Source of the DNA: Raillietiella orientalis
Taxonomy: Eukaryota
DNA: 64,000 nucleotides
Assembly (NCBI GenBank): GCA_036172245.1
Contig: JAYWIR010000001.1
Location: 6,076,001-6,140,000, forward strand
Reading direction: 5' to 3'
Numbering within the stretch: position 1 is the first letter of the stretch; each line of letters begins with the position of its first letter. Positions 49,893 to 62,000 of this stretch are shown one piece after another. The translations under genes were made by a program, and so were the position numbers. A model generated the notes under the pieces. It saw only the letters and a list, made by a program, of their open reading frames with translations, searched no databases and was not told the origin of the DNA.

Positions 49893-51442
49893 CGATCCTT
49901 TCTTCCGATTACCATCTACGATTTCATCCGCGCGTGTCTGCTTGAAACGGTCGTGTGGTGAGTTGGGAAGGGTGCCCGCCCTTGGGTGTTCCGCATACAC
50001 CGTTCCTGAACAACAGCGCGAGGCACACCGCCCGGTCTTTCACGCGCTCGCCGCAGGCACGACCGCGACGTCTTCCCGACGGCGGTCCACGTGCCCGTCG
50101 CACCTCTCGCGACACGGACGGAACCCTCAGCGAGCGCACCCGCCGGGCACGACAGCGACCAAGGTTCAGTCCGGGTTCCAAAGTTGGAGAGTTCCCCTCA
50201 GGGTTCAGCCGCCGAAGCTGTGCAAACGATCGTTGAAAGCAAAGAAGTGCAGAGGATGGCGACGCAGCAGCAACACTTCCCGACAGAGTTTCGTGGAAAA
50301 AACGACGACGCCGACATTGTGTCCCCTCCCTGAACACGATGACCACCGTGAACGGAACCGAAGAGAACCCAGAAATTCAGACCTTCGGCAAGGTGGGGAG
50401 GAGGCGAAGTGAGAGCACGCAAAGGCAAAGTTGCTGCAGCCTTCCGCGATGCACGCCGTTTGCTCCACAGCACAAGCAGCGCGTGTCCGCACGTTTCCGA
50501 TATCTTGCGTTTTTTTTTTTTTTCTCCTTCTTCTTCCGGAGGCGGGAAGGGGGGCCCTTCCTCCTTTTAATCTCGCCCATTTCTCATGGCGTATATAGTC
50601 ATGTAACGGCGTCTACCCTCCACCAGGTGGGACAGGGGAGGCGCGCAACACTTGGTACCACGGGCGGTGACCGCAGCCACACACAGTTGCTCACAATTAC
50701 TAACTTGTGAATACAATACCCGATTAATAATTACTTCTTACCTTCTAAAATACCTGGGTGTAATGATTACAAAATTAATCTTTCGAAAATGATGTGTTGA
50801 GGATGAAAGCTGCCCTGAGCGACAAAGCAAACACCACCGTAAAGTTCGCAACCCGGTTCCCACGTTCTTTCACGAGCCCAGCGGTTTGAGTTAACGTTCG
50901 AAACTCATGTTTAAAGAGCATGAAAGGAAAGGAAAGGTCACCCAGAAAACTGAGTTCCAATACAGACCATCGAGTGCTGATGATCGCAGAGATCCCCCTC
51001 TCTGCGCGTTACCCACGCACCTTGGAATCCTTGCCTGCGACGGTTTCAAGACCCATCTCTGAGGTCAGGGTATCTGATGACCATTGCTGATCAAAAGATT
51101 CTGGTGGTGCTCTCGTCCTTCTCATTCTGGGGTTTCGCCCAGAATGAGAAGGACGACAGTTCGCTGCCGCCTGGTTTGTGGTTCTGCAGCACAACATCCT
51201 CCCCCGAAAGTTGAAACCGCCTTTGTTTTTGCTCCTGTCCCAAATCTGTTAAAGCATTTATCACAGGGCCAAAGATGGATTCTCCGCCTTACGATTTCCT
51301 GTGGAACGAAACTACCATCGGTGTCCTCTGTGCCTAAACAGTTATGCTGTCATCATCTCGAAGAGAATGCCCTTCGATTTTTTCCTGCCTTGTAGATTTT
51401 GTGTGTGTGTGTGTGTGTGGTCCGATTCTTCTTGATAAATTG

Positions 51443-53253
51443 TCAACAGCTCGCCCTGTTGCGAAGAAAGCGGTTTGCCACATTCATCTCTCGAAAAATG
51501 TGCTCAAGGAAGGAACTGTTTAAACCGGACGGCGCGAAATTCGAGTCACTGCGTGCAAGAAATCCCTGCGGGCATTCTGGACCTCCCAATGGTTCACGCA
51601 TTTCCCCCTTCCCGGCAACGCGTGCCCACGTCGATGATTTTCTCAGCTCCAGTAGCAAGCAGCGGGTGGCTTCTGCTGCAATCATAACATGCTTTCGCTG
51701 TCCCTCCTGAACGTCCATGCCTGGAGGAACGCGTTTGACCCCTGCAACCCAAGTGGACGCATCCTCTCTTCTGGTGGCAAGTCCTAGTTTCGGGCCCGAG
51801 GACATCTGGAAAAGATTCTTCGCCAACTTTCTACTCTAAGGTTCTCGCATCCCGAAAGGGTGGATGCGATTTTCATGTGAATCCCATGTGCTTTTCTCCC
51901 GCTCCAGATTCCTTCCAAATCATGGTGGACGTCATGGTGGACGCGCGCGCATCACGACCGCCCGATGCTCGCAACTTCCCTTCCGGAAACGCGCGTCATC
52001 ACCGGCAAACCAAATGTTGGAATTCCGGATTCCCGATTGGCGCAGGTTTCCCGTGGCAGCATCTCGTGACGGGGGAATCACAGTCCCACTCGAGCTAAAC
52101 AGACACGCAGACACACACATCACAAAAAAAAACGAAGCGCGCAGATATTGCAAATCAAATACGAGCACGACGGCATCACTGGCAGCTCCCAAATGCTTAT
52201 CATCTGAGAAGGAAAGATCAAACGGAGTGGGCGTCGACCAACCACGGGGCACGGTGAGCCGAAGGCATCGTCCTAGAAGTAATCGACGTGTTCTCAGCTT
52301 CTCCCAGCTGACGACTTTCGGAGTGTCATCTTCCCGACATTTTTCTTCCGGTTTCAGCTTGAAAAAAAAAAAAAAAGGAGAGGAGGAGAGTGAAGACAGG
52401 GACAACTGAAACGCCTCTGCTGCGCCATCCCCCATATCTGACAATGCAGGTCTCCTTGGCGCCCGCTTCTGGCACATACATGCTGGCTCTTCGACCAGGA
52501 GGCAACCCTTCGTCGTCGCCTCACTTGAGCTCCCGGCTGCTCGGGGACGCAGTCCGCTGTCCCCGCAGCGCACGCCCCAACGGACCTCGACACGAACCTC
52601 GGGTGCCAAATACGCCGGGAGTTTGGAGCGCGCGTCAACGGTTCCTTTCGCACGCACGCCATCAACGTGGACGTGGACCCGCTCCACCCCATGCATGTTA
52701 GCGCATGCATGGCGCAGGCGCAGCATCCTGCAAGAAACACCCGCCGTTGGCACGAGGATCGGAAAGGAAGCCGAAGACAAAAAAGTTGGCGCCGTTGACG
52801 CGCGAAGGACGGGCGCGCCATCCGTCGGCAGGGTGCTTCAGGCTGCACAGTAGTGGGCGGCCCCGCGTTATACGAGCCCTGCGCGTTGCACGAGGTCCAG
52901 GGACACGCGTTTGGAAAACGCCTGTCCCACACGTCCCGGCGGTGGAACATCCCGAGTCGTCCCACTTGGAAACGAAAGCAGGAGACCGGAAGCCTCGACG
53001 CGCTGCTGCTCCACTTGGAGTGGAAGGGAGAAAACTTTGGACGTTTTGCGGACGTTCGGCCGACCTGCGTGCTTCCCGCTCGACCGCCCTCGCTGCCGAA
53101 AGAGGCATCCTCTTGGGCGACTTCATTCGGGACGCTGGAAGCGAGGCAGGATGCCGAAACGTGCCTGTCCAAGGAACACGTGCTCGCGTTCTTCCGGAAA
53201 AGCACGAAGCCGCGTTGCGATGCTCGGCTGATGCGGGCGGCCGCCGTCGCCAT
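51443..53253 (-). CDS. Possible lineage-specific multi-exon gene
   Basis: AAAATGGCG start context, plausible splice sites and chained ORF segments, but no recognisable domain; GC-rich DNA inflates ORF lengths. Confidence 0.2.
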
Positions 53254-55142
53254 TTTGTCGTCGCCGCGCAACGCGAGTCCGCGTTATGCGGGGGCTCCTC
53301 GGCCGCGGATGGGGCGAACGCCTCGTAGGGGGAGGGGCCGTCCCAGGGCTGCCTCCCACCAGTGCCCGAAGCGCGTGCCCCCCAGGACTAGGAGGAGACC
53401 CTCCCGCGGCTCTGCGGAGGACAAACGAGCGCTGAGCGCAGCGGGTCGTCCTGACGACGGCGCGTGTCCGCGGGCGTGACCGACCGCCGCTTCGTCTTGG
53501 GCGGCGGCGCGCGCGAGCTCGCACGCCCGACCACCTCGAGGCATCTTCCGGCTTCCCCATGGGGTCGTCCCGGCGATACGCGACCGGCGGCGGCGGCGGG
53601 TCTGTGCGGGTCACGTGCAGCCTCGGCAGATGCGGGCGCTTCGCCTGCGGCGACGAAGGCAGCTGGCGCACCCGTCCGCCGCACCGCTCCGGCCGCACGC
53701 AGTAACGGCGCTGCGCACGCGGCAAGCGAGCCAACCTCGGGTGGCAGCCGCGCGCGGGGCGCGCCCACTCTGACCGCTCCATCCCCCTCCCCGTTTCTGT
53801 GGGTCCCCCTAGAGGCGCCAGAGCCTGCGGAGACCCAAAGTGGCCGACCGTTTCGGGACCGGCCCGATAGTCCTTGGGAGACCCCTTGCAGCACGTGGAG
53901 TCACCATGGCCGAACCTTCTCCTTCCTCTTCCGTCGGAGGAAGGGCCGCGCATTCCCGGCGGAAGGGGGGGCATGCCCCGGGGCGCCCGCCGCCAAAAAG
54001 ACAACTCCTACTCGAGCAGGAACGTGCGCGTAGCTGCCAGGTCGTCCGGGGGTCGAGGGCGGGGGGATGGCATGCGAAATTGAGGGTGGAGGCAGGTGAC
54101 CCCTTCTTCCTTCCTGGGGGAGGTGGGGACTTGGGGGCCGAACAGGGACACGGGGAGACTATCCTGTCGCTGCCCTCACGTCACCCGTGACCTCCGACCG
54201 GCTGGACTGCCACGCAGGCCTTCCTTCCCGCCCCTGTCCTCCGCCGCTCCCCAAGGGCCGCAGCCCTGGCAACTCGCTCCCGAAACAGAAAGGGTGCCAT
54301 TATCGCTCAGCGAAGGGTTGACCCAGGTGAACGCGGCTGCGGGCCACGACGCACGCGGTGGCGGCGCCCTCCTTTGCCCGGAGGGAGTTGCCGCCCGAGC
54401 GCAGGAGAGAGGGCGAGCCCTGGGAGGCGATGTCCGGGGGCGCCGTCCCTCGCCGTACCTTGCTCCCTCGCCGGCGTCCCTCGGGCTGTTTTCGACGCCG
54501 TCGGTGTTTCCCGCGAGCCAGAGGGAAACACCGACAGGAGGGGGAAGGGGAAGGTTAGCAAGCTACCAAGTGCTTCTGGAGCTCTGGAGGAGAGTCGACG
54601 CACGCGAGAAACATCCCGAAAAATCTCGCACAGGGAGGACGACGGAAGGTCAGGGGTGGGCGTCCGGAATCCCTCGAGTGTTCATCTGGGAACAGTTCCG
54701 GAGCTGCCGCCTTTCGGCAAGGCTCGATGATAGGCGACGAGAAGGGATCGGACGTGACGACGCTGCCGCCGCCCCGGGACGAGGCGGCGGTACTGCAAGG
54801 CGGCGGTACTGTTGCGCCGCCTCACGGCCCTCGCGTCGTCGATCGGAGGGGGTGGCGAAGGAGGTGGAGGGGGGGGGAGAAATCGATCAATCGACGCGGC
54901 AGCCCCCGTGCTCTCCGCTCGCGCGTTGCCATGGAGACCGACGACGACGCCTATCCGGGACTTCCCTTAGAGAGAGCACGCGCGCGTCCGGACGGACGGT
55001 CCGAGGGAGCAGGCGCGAGCGCCGCCGCCCGCAGCATCGTCCCTCCCTCCCCCCTGTCCGCCCCACGCGTCAGTGGCCAAGCAGCGCTTCTTCGGCGTCC
55101 TCTTCTTTCGCACCCTTCCTGCTGCTGCGTGGCCGAGCGGGG

Positions 55143-57165
55143 ATGCGGCAGGCCGCGCGGAACGGAGCGGCCCTCCTGTGGCTCCTTTTCGCCCCCCTCG
55201 CCTGCCCCTTCGAGGATCTCTTCCCTGTGAGTAGAAGCAACCTGCGCCCCCTTGGTGGAGACACCGGGAGAAGCGCGAGTGACATCATGCGCCGAGGCGG
55301 GAAAAAGAGGAAGGGGGGGGGGAATAAGAGGCGGGTGGTCATAGGGGAAGGGAGGGCGGAGGAGAAAGAAAGAAAAAAAGAGGGGGGGGGATTCGAGGAC
55401 GCGCTAGGACGTGACCGCGCCTGCGCACGGGGGGAAGGGTTCTGCGCAGGCTCCACCGAGGAAGCCGCATTTTCCACGTGCGCCGCCCGGAAAGGCAGCG
55501 GTCGACGTCAGCGGAGGGCGGAAGGAAGGAATGGGGTGTGGCCGCCCTCCGTCACCGGGATGGTGGGACGTGGAGGCTCCCGCGACAGCCGCTGACGATC
55601 GCCCCCTTGTTCCAGCTGAAGTTCGGCGCGCCACCGCCAGAGTCCATCCTGCGGGCGATGATCGCCAAGATTGAAGAGGAGGATGCCGACGGTGACCTGA
55701 GGAGGTGAGCGGCCACGACGACGCCACCGGCCGCCCCTCCCCGGGTTTGCTTGTGGGAGGGGCGACCCCGGCCTGCCGCGGGAACCGTCGCCGCGCGGCG
55801 CTACGATCGCCTTCCCCCTCTTCCTTCCCCCTTCCTCCTGTGATCGCAGCGCCGCCCGGGGTGCGCGCTTTCCTCCAGTGGCTGCGCAGGGTCGCCTTCC
55901 AGGGTTGCCAAGGACTACGACGGTAGCGGGTTGGACCTGGCGGGTAGTCCCGTCCCGGCGATACGCGACCAGGAGTACCTGCAGCACAGTTCCCTCTGGG
56001 GTCACCAGTACATGTCAGGCAAGTTGCCCTTGAGGGAAGGAAATCGACACGCGAGCGACGGGGGGCGCCCTCCCTTCCAGGGGGCACCGGCGAGGGCTAC
56101 CAGCGGCAGAAGCCAGACGGCAGCATCGCCAACGTCAACACCGTGAAGACGGACGCGGGGCTGCCATCTTACTGCGATCCGCCGAACCCCTGTCCCCCGG
56201 GATACGGAGGTAGGGCGCAGGGGAAGAGATCTGCAATCCTTGCTGCCCCTCCCTGTCCTTGCAGCCGAGGACGGGTGCCTCGAGGAGTTCGTCAACTCGG
56301 CGTCCTTCAGCAGGGACTACCAGGCTGGGCAGGACTGCCTGTGCGACGCCGAGCACATGTTCGCCTGCACCAAGCCGCCCGCGGGCGGCACTGGCCCGGG
56401 CCGCCTGCCGACCGCCGGGGGAGCGCAGTTGCAGCAGCTGGGGGATATCTTAAAGAAGCTCAAGGTCGGTGCGGGGGGGGAAAGAGGAGGAAAACCCGCC
56501 TTCTAGGAGGAGCGCAAGAACCTGGTGGCCAAGAAGTACCAAACCGCCAGGGGGGGCACGTACCACCCCCGCCGCCAGCCCGTCCTCCACCAGGTGAGGG
56601 TGCGGGAACGCCCTGTCAGGGACGCGCAGCGGCGGCGAAGACGGGCTCCGCGGGCGAGGGGGCGCGCGCGTGTCCTTGCGAAAGGGCGGGATACATGGGA
56701 ACGAGCAAACGAACGCAGGGGAGCACAGGAGGCGAAGCGCGTGCATGAGCTGCGAAAACGAGCACGTGGCTGGCTGAATGAATGAATGAATGAATGAGCG
56801 CGCGTACAAACCGAGCGCGCCGACACGCTCTTGCGAGCGAAGGGGAGGCGCGCGCGTCCGCCCCCTTCCTGAGAGGTTCGCGTGAAGCTCTCCGAGTACC
56901 CTCTTGCGGATGTGACGGCAGAACACGCGATTCGCTGATCGGGCAAGAGAAGGCGCGCGCTTCACCCGGGAGAACTGCAGGTGCCGCAGCGGCTATCCGT
57001 CCACCGCGCCAGACATGGCGGCGGGACTTTCTCTCTGAAGAATATCTTCCTGACTACTGCTCGTATTCTTTTCAGAGCCACCCTGGTAACCCCTTCCTGC
57101 AGGGACGCCCCCTCTCGGTGACCGCCAAGAAGCGGTTCCCGGAAATTATCGCAGGCGTGGCTTGA
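55143..57165 (+). CDS. SCG5: Neuroendocrine protein 7B2 (PC2 chaperone/inhibitor), about 7 exons
   Basis: Signal-peptide exon 55143-55226; 55616-55704; 55879 or 55903 to 56018; 56081-56209; 56265-56464; 56507-56593; 57076-57165. Motifs IRDQEYLQHSSLWGHQYMSGG, LPSYCDPPNPCPPGY, GCLEEF...SRDYQ..QDCLCDAEHM, NLVAKK and NPFLQG...VTAKK. Confidence 0.95.
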
Positions 57166-58407
57166 GTGGACCAGGTGGAGCAGAGAAGGATGGCAAGGGG
57201 CAGGGAAGAGAACCACCCCTCTGTACCAAAAAGGAACGAGGGAGATTCCATACCAGAGCCCCTCTATCGGCCAGTTCCAGAACCTCCCAAATAAAGGCGG
57301 GTCCATCGGCATTTTCTCCGTTCGGGGAGGGAGCGAGGAGGAAAAAGGAGGAGGTGGGAATACGGGAAGGCTCCTTTTTTTTCCTTGGGACTCCTTCCTG
57401 TCCGCGCAGCACGTAACCGCTTGCGCGTAGGCGAGAGGAGAGGAGGAGGAAGGGACATGAGGCCAGCTGATGGCCGCTGATGTCATCGCAGGCTCGGAAG
57501 TGCAGTCCTGCGTTCGGAGTCGGTCCACCGTCGCCTGCGGAAAATCACCGGTGGCCTCCTCGGCGTCCGAGGATGGACGCCCCTCGGGAGCACCGTCCCG
57601 TTCTCCGGAGACTGAGGGATGGGCTCGCTTTCCTCCCGCGTCGGGCCGGGCGCGAAGGCGGGGCAGCCGCGCCGACCCGCCACGAGTCGGCGCCACGTCA
57701 ATTTCCGGCCGTCGGCTTCTCGATGTCTGCGGGACCTCTCTGGCGCCCCGGCGACGACGACGACGCGACTGCAGGGGCGCGACCGGCGGCGGCGGCGCGG
57801 CGGCCAATCAGAAGTGGCGGAGACCAGCGGGACCGAAAGGCGACCTCCAGCGCCAGGAGCGACCTCCGCGCCGAACGGTCCGCGTCCCCCGAAGGGAAGG
57901 GGGACACGCCCGCGCCATCCATCCCGCTTTGGGCTCATCCGCCTTCCATCCCGTAAAGCGCCCCTCCCCGCGCGCCCTCGACCGGCGACGGCGGCTCGCG
58001 CCCGGCGCCGCTCGCCCGGCATCCTCGAGGGCAGGCGAGAGAGGAGGGGGGGGAGAGAGGAAAAGTAGGGACGCGCGCACACCTGCGCTCCCACCTCCCC
58101 GAGCGCCCCCTCGCGGTCCGCACGACCAGACGAGGAACGCCTGCAGCGTCCCAGCGACGAGACAGCACCATTCCCCCCCGCATGCGGAGTGGAGCGGAAC
58201 GCACGCCACAGGCTGGCGAGCACCTCCCTTCCTCCTCCTCTCCCCGCCCCTCCCCGCCCCGAAAACGTCAACACCAGGGTCGATGCTTCCCCGGGACGCA
58301 GAAGCCTCGTGCGTGTATTTCCGCCAGAGGACATGGCGGCAGCGGCTCGCGCGTCCATCCGACTCGGTCAGGAGGAAGGGGGGAGGAAGTCGCCCCTCCT
58401 CGCGGAC

Positions 58408-59067
58408 TCAGGACGCGTGCATGCACCTGCACTTCCTGATCCTCTGGACGGTCTTCTCCTTGTACGGCGGGTCCAGGCCGGGGCACGTGTGGGTCACGGT
58501 CACCGTCGCCGTGAGGCTGGGTCTGCAGGAGGGGGCGCTCTGGAAAGCCGCGCCGTCGAGGGACCGATCGTGGTCGGTGGGTATGTAAAGGGAGTTGCAC
58601 TGGCCGTAGCAGAAGCGGTTCGCGAAGAGGACGTCGGAGCAGCCTTCCTCCCGGATCGTCTGGATGATGGGCCGCGAGTGGCAGCGGTCCTTCCGGAAGA
58701 TGTTTCTCGTGGTCACGAGCAGGGCGCGGTACTTGGCTCTCAGCATCCCGTGTATGCGGATGGTGTCGTTGTCGAAGCACCCCCGGAGGGGGTCGCTTCC
58801 TTCGCCGGGGAGGCTGAGAAGCGGCCCCGCGGGCCGGCGGTTCCTGGGTCCGTGCCTGACGGCCCTGCGCACCTCCGACGGAGGTGGCGGCGAGCCCGCG
58901 TCCTTCCTCGTCTTCGCCGCCAGCGGGCCGGATGGCCCGCGTCCATCCCTGCCTCCCCTCGTGTCTGCCTTGCCGATCGCCTTGTCCAGGCACAGGTGCA
59001 GGCCCACCGCGCAAACCCGCAGCGCGCACGTGGCGCCGAACAAAAAAAACAGCCAACCGCAGACGTA
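58408..59067 (-). CDS. GREM: Gremlin/PRDC-like DAN-family cystine-knot BMP antagonist, main coding exon; start exon not located
   Basis: TTTTTCAG acceptor, then hydrophobic YVCGWLFFLFGATCAL..., then ALLVTTRNIFRKDRCHSRPIIQTIREEGC...NRFCYGQCNSLYIP...CRP...CPGLDPPYKEKTVQRIRKCRC. Confidence 0.93.
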   Translation of the reverse strand, partial: YVCGWLFFLFGATCALRVCAVGLHLCLDKAIGKADTRGGRDGRGPSGPLAAKTRKDAGSPPPPSEVRRAVRHGPRNRRPAGPLLSLPGEGSDPLRGCFDNDTIRIHGMLRAKYRALLVTTRNIFRKDRCHSRPIIQTIREEGCSDVLFANRFCYGQCNSLYIPTDHDRSLDGAAFQSAPSCRPSLTATVTVTHTCPGLDPPYKEKTVQRIRKCRCMHAS

Positions 59068-62000
59068 CTGAAAAACACAACGTCATTTAACACGGGAAAC
59101 GCCCGCGCACTGGTCGTGGGGGCGGACCAGGGCGATCATCGGAAACGATCGACTTGGCTGTTCACGCCCGGAACTCTTGCAGGTCAGCCGGAAGCCCCCG
59201 CGCCCGCTCGACGCGCGACCCCGTTGCCGGGCAACCCGATCTCGTTTTCGCAACAGGCTTTCGCGAGCGCTGCCCATCGGATTAGGGGGATCACCGGGTC
59301 GCACGCGTTCCTTTTCAAATGCGCAAGCTCAACAGGTATGAATTGCACGTACCCTCTTCATCTCAAAGCATCCAGGAAGAAAGGCATGCGGAGCACAGGT
59401 GCCGGGCGGCAACGGGCCGGTGGAGCCGTGCGGATCCGAGGGGTTTCCAGGTTGCCACCCTCGTGGGCGAACGCCGTCGCGCGGAAACAGCTCTTGGCAA
59501 GCACGCACCGTTTCGAGAGCTTGCAGTGGACACCTCGGTGTATCCGATTTATATAAAAGAAAAAGCCCTGCTTGGGAATTGTCCTGAAAACGAGCAGTTG
59601 CAGAGACAACCGTAATTGCCGACGCTTCCCTCTTCTCCCGAAGCGCTTCTTCTCCGAAGCCTCTTCTCCGAATCCGTCTCTCACCCCCTTTTCCCATAGG
59701 CTGTCGTAACCGTCGAAGACAAAATAGTGTGTGTATAACCAAAATTAATTGACTTTCAACATGGGCTTTCATGCGTTTTGCCGGGCGCGCAGTCTTGTTC
59801 GCCGCTGCTGATGACTTGGCGCCTTTTGGCTTTCCTTTTAAAACTTGCCGAGCGTCGCCGACCAGGCGAAGTCGAGCTCTCGGCCACTCTGAAATATGTC
59901 ACCTGTCAATGCGCGCGCGCGCCCGCCGCGTGTTTTCCTTTTGCCCTCGCCTTCCTTCCATTTCGTTGTATTTTATTTATTTTTTCGTTTGCTGGGCGCT
60001 CGAAACCGAAAAACCGGGGGGAGGGGCCTTTCGCGCCTAAACGAAAACCGGCGGATCGGACGGTGGAATCAGAAACGAAAAAAGAAGACCTCTTCGATAA
60101 AGAAGACCTCGAAGACGTCTTCGTTTGCTCGCTGATTTTCCTCGCCTTTTTCTTCCCCTTCCCCTCGGTGACGGGTGCGAGAGAGGCGCACGCAACCGCG
60201 CCGTTGCTCGTGACGACGCGTTCGCGGTAGGTTCGTTGTTTCCGTCTCAACAATCGGCCGGAGAGCACCAAAAAAAAAAAAACATGGCGCTGCGCGATCT
60301 TTGACGAGGCTGCTGCTTTTCCGTGGAATTTTTTGCCTCTGCAAGGAGAGGGGCATTGGCAACCACAGTAGCGGGAACATGGGAAGCGACGGGGAAGGGG
60401 AGCTCGGGCTCGTGCACCGGGATCGTCAGAGCGTTACTACGCATCTCGAATGCGGAGCTCTGGATAGAGGGGAGGGGGGGGGGCGACTTGCCGTTTCCCG
60501 GATACTGCTGCATTCGAACCGAACGGGAAGCCGACCTCCCCGCCTGCCTTCGATGCCGGGCGGCCCTCTCCTGGATGTACACCGCGATGCACGCTGGGGC
60601 AAACGGCGACGGCGACACGAGGCGTTTCGCGCGCTGAGATGAAGCGGGTGGGGAGGTGGGGACCGTCTTCCAGCACGAAGACCGCTCGTGGTCGGTCGGT
60701 TCCGGCTCCGGGGGCGCAACCAGCCCCACGACAGGCAAGGGGTTGGAGGAGGAAGAGGAGGAGGGAGACCTCGGGTTGCCTTCCTGAAGCTGCGAGTCGC
60801 ACTCTTCGCTTCCTTCGCTGAAGGTTCGAGACGAGCATCGGCCACGAGAGGACAGGGTGAGGTTCACTAAGGAGTCATCCCCCGCCCTTGGCGCCTTCCC
60901 GGACGAGTTCGGGGCCGGAGCGACTTCCCGCCGCCCCTACTCTCGCGCCGTCTCGTATCAGCCCGGGAATAGCATTTCGAGGACACCCAGGGATGAAAGA
61001 GGCGCTCCGGGAGAAGAGGGAAGCCTTCGGCGAAGACGGCAAGCGGCAGGGTCCCTCCCTGGGAAACGCCCCGGAAAGCAGCCCGCTGCCCCTCTCGTCC
61101 GTTTGTCGCCTGTTGCCATCGCTACGCGCGCTCGCGTTCCGTGCTCCCCGCGCGGGAGCCGGGTCGCAGGGGACGGACCCAGAGAAGTAAAAGGAGAGGA
61201 GGCGGAGGACGGGGAAGGAGATGCGGGGACCTTTCTCCCTGCGGGACGCTCCGATGGCTTGCCACCAGGGTAGCCAGGAGGCAAAGATCCACACGGCCGG
61301 AAAAAAGGACCTGCCGGGCGCGTCTGGGGAGAAGATTCGTCCACGCGGTCCCCTTTGCCTCCCGCGCGCGTACCCGGCCCCAGCTCCAGCTCCTCTTCTC
61401 CTTGGGCGAGAGGACGAGGGAACTCGGCCTCCGCACGCGAGCTCCACCAGCGCCGGCAGGCTTCCCGGGACCGCGTGGCGCCAGGAGGCGCTGCTACCGT
61501 TTCGCTTTCACTTTCGGGATTTCAAAACCGGCCGGGGCCGCCTCCGCGTGACACTGGCGCGCGGACCACGTGGAGAGATGCGCCATCCCGGTGGAGAGGC
61601 AGATGCCTCGGGGAGGAAGGAAAGGCGACGGGGGAAGAGGAGGATCGGCAGGAGCAGCAGCCGCGCGCGTGACGACGGCCGCACCGCCGTCGGCTGGTCC
61701 TACTGTACAGCACGCGCGCGCGCAGGGGAGGAAAGGGAGGGGAGGGGGAGGAGAAGGTCACGCGACGCGTGTCCCCGCCAAGATAAGCACGAGATAAAGA
61801 TCAGGGGGAAGAAGTGCTGGTGAGCCCGCGCGCGGCTGCGGCACCTGCGGCCCCTTCCACGGGTCGCGCGCGCCCGGGACGGCGGAGGCGGTCGCGCCGG
61901 GCTCGCTGAGAACGAGGGAGGGACGCAGGAGGACGCGCCACTCCGGCAGGCAGCCAGAGGAGAAGGGGAGAGGCGCGTCTCCATGGGGTGGAGAAGGGGG

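Noticed and set aside
51074-51110. Hammerhead core CTGATGA
   Set aside because: No GAAA after the putative stem II.
59630-59672. Three short TCTTCTCC(C)GAA repeats, CRISPR-like
   Set aside because: Units of about 11-12 nt with tiny spacers in a eukaryotic context; no cas genes or arrays in the window.
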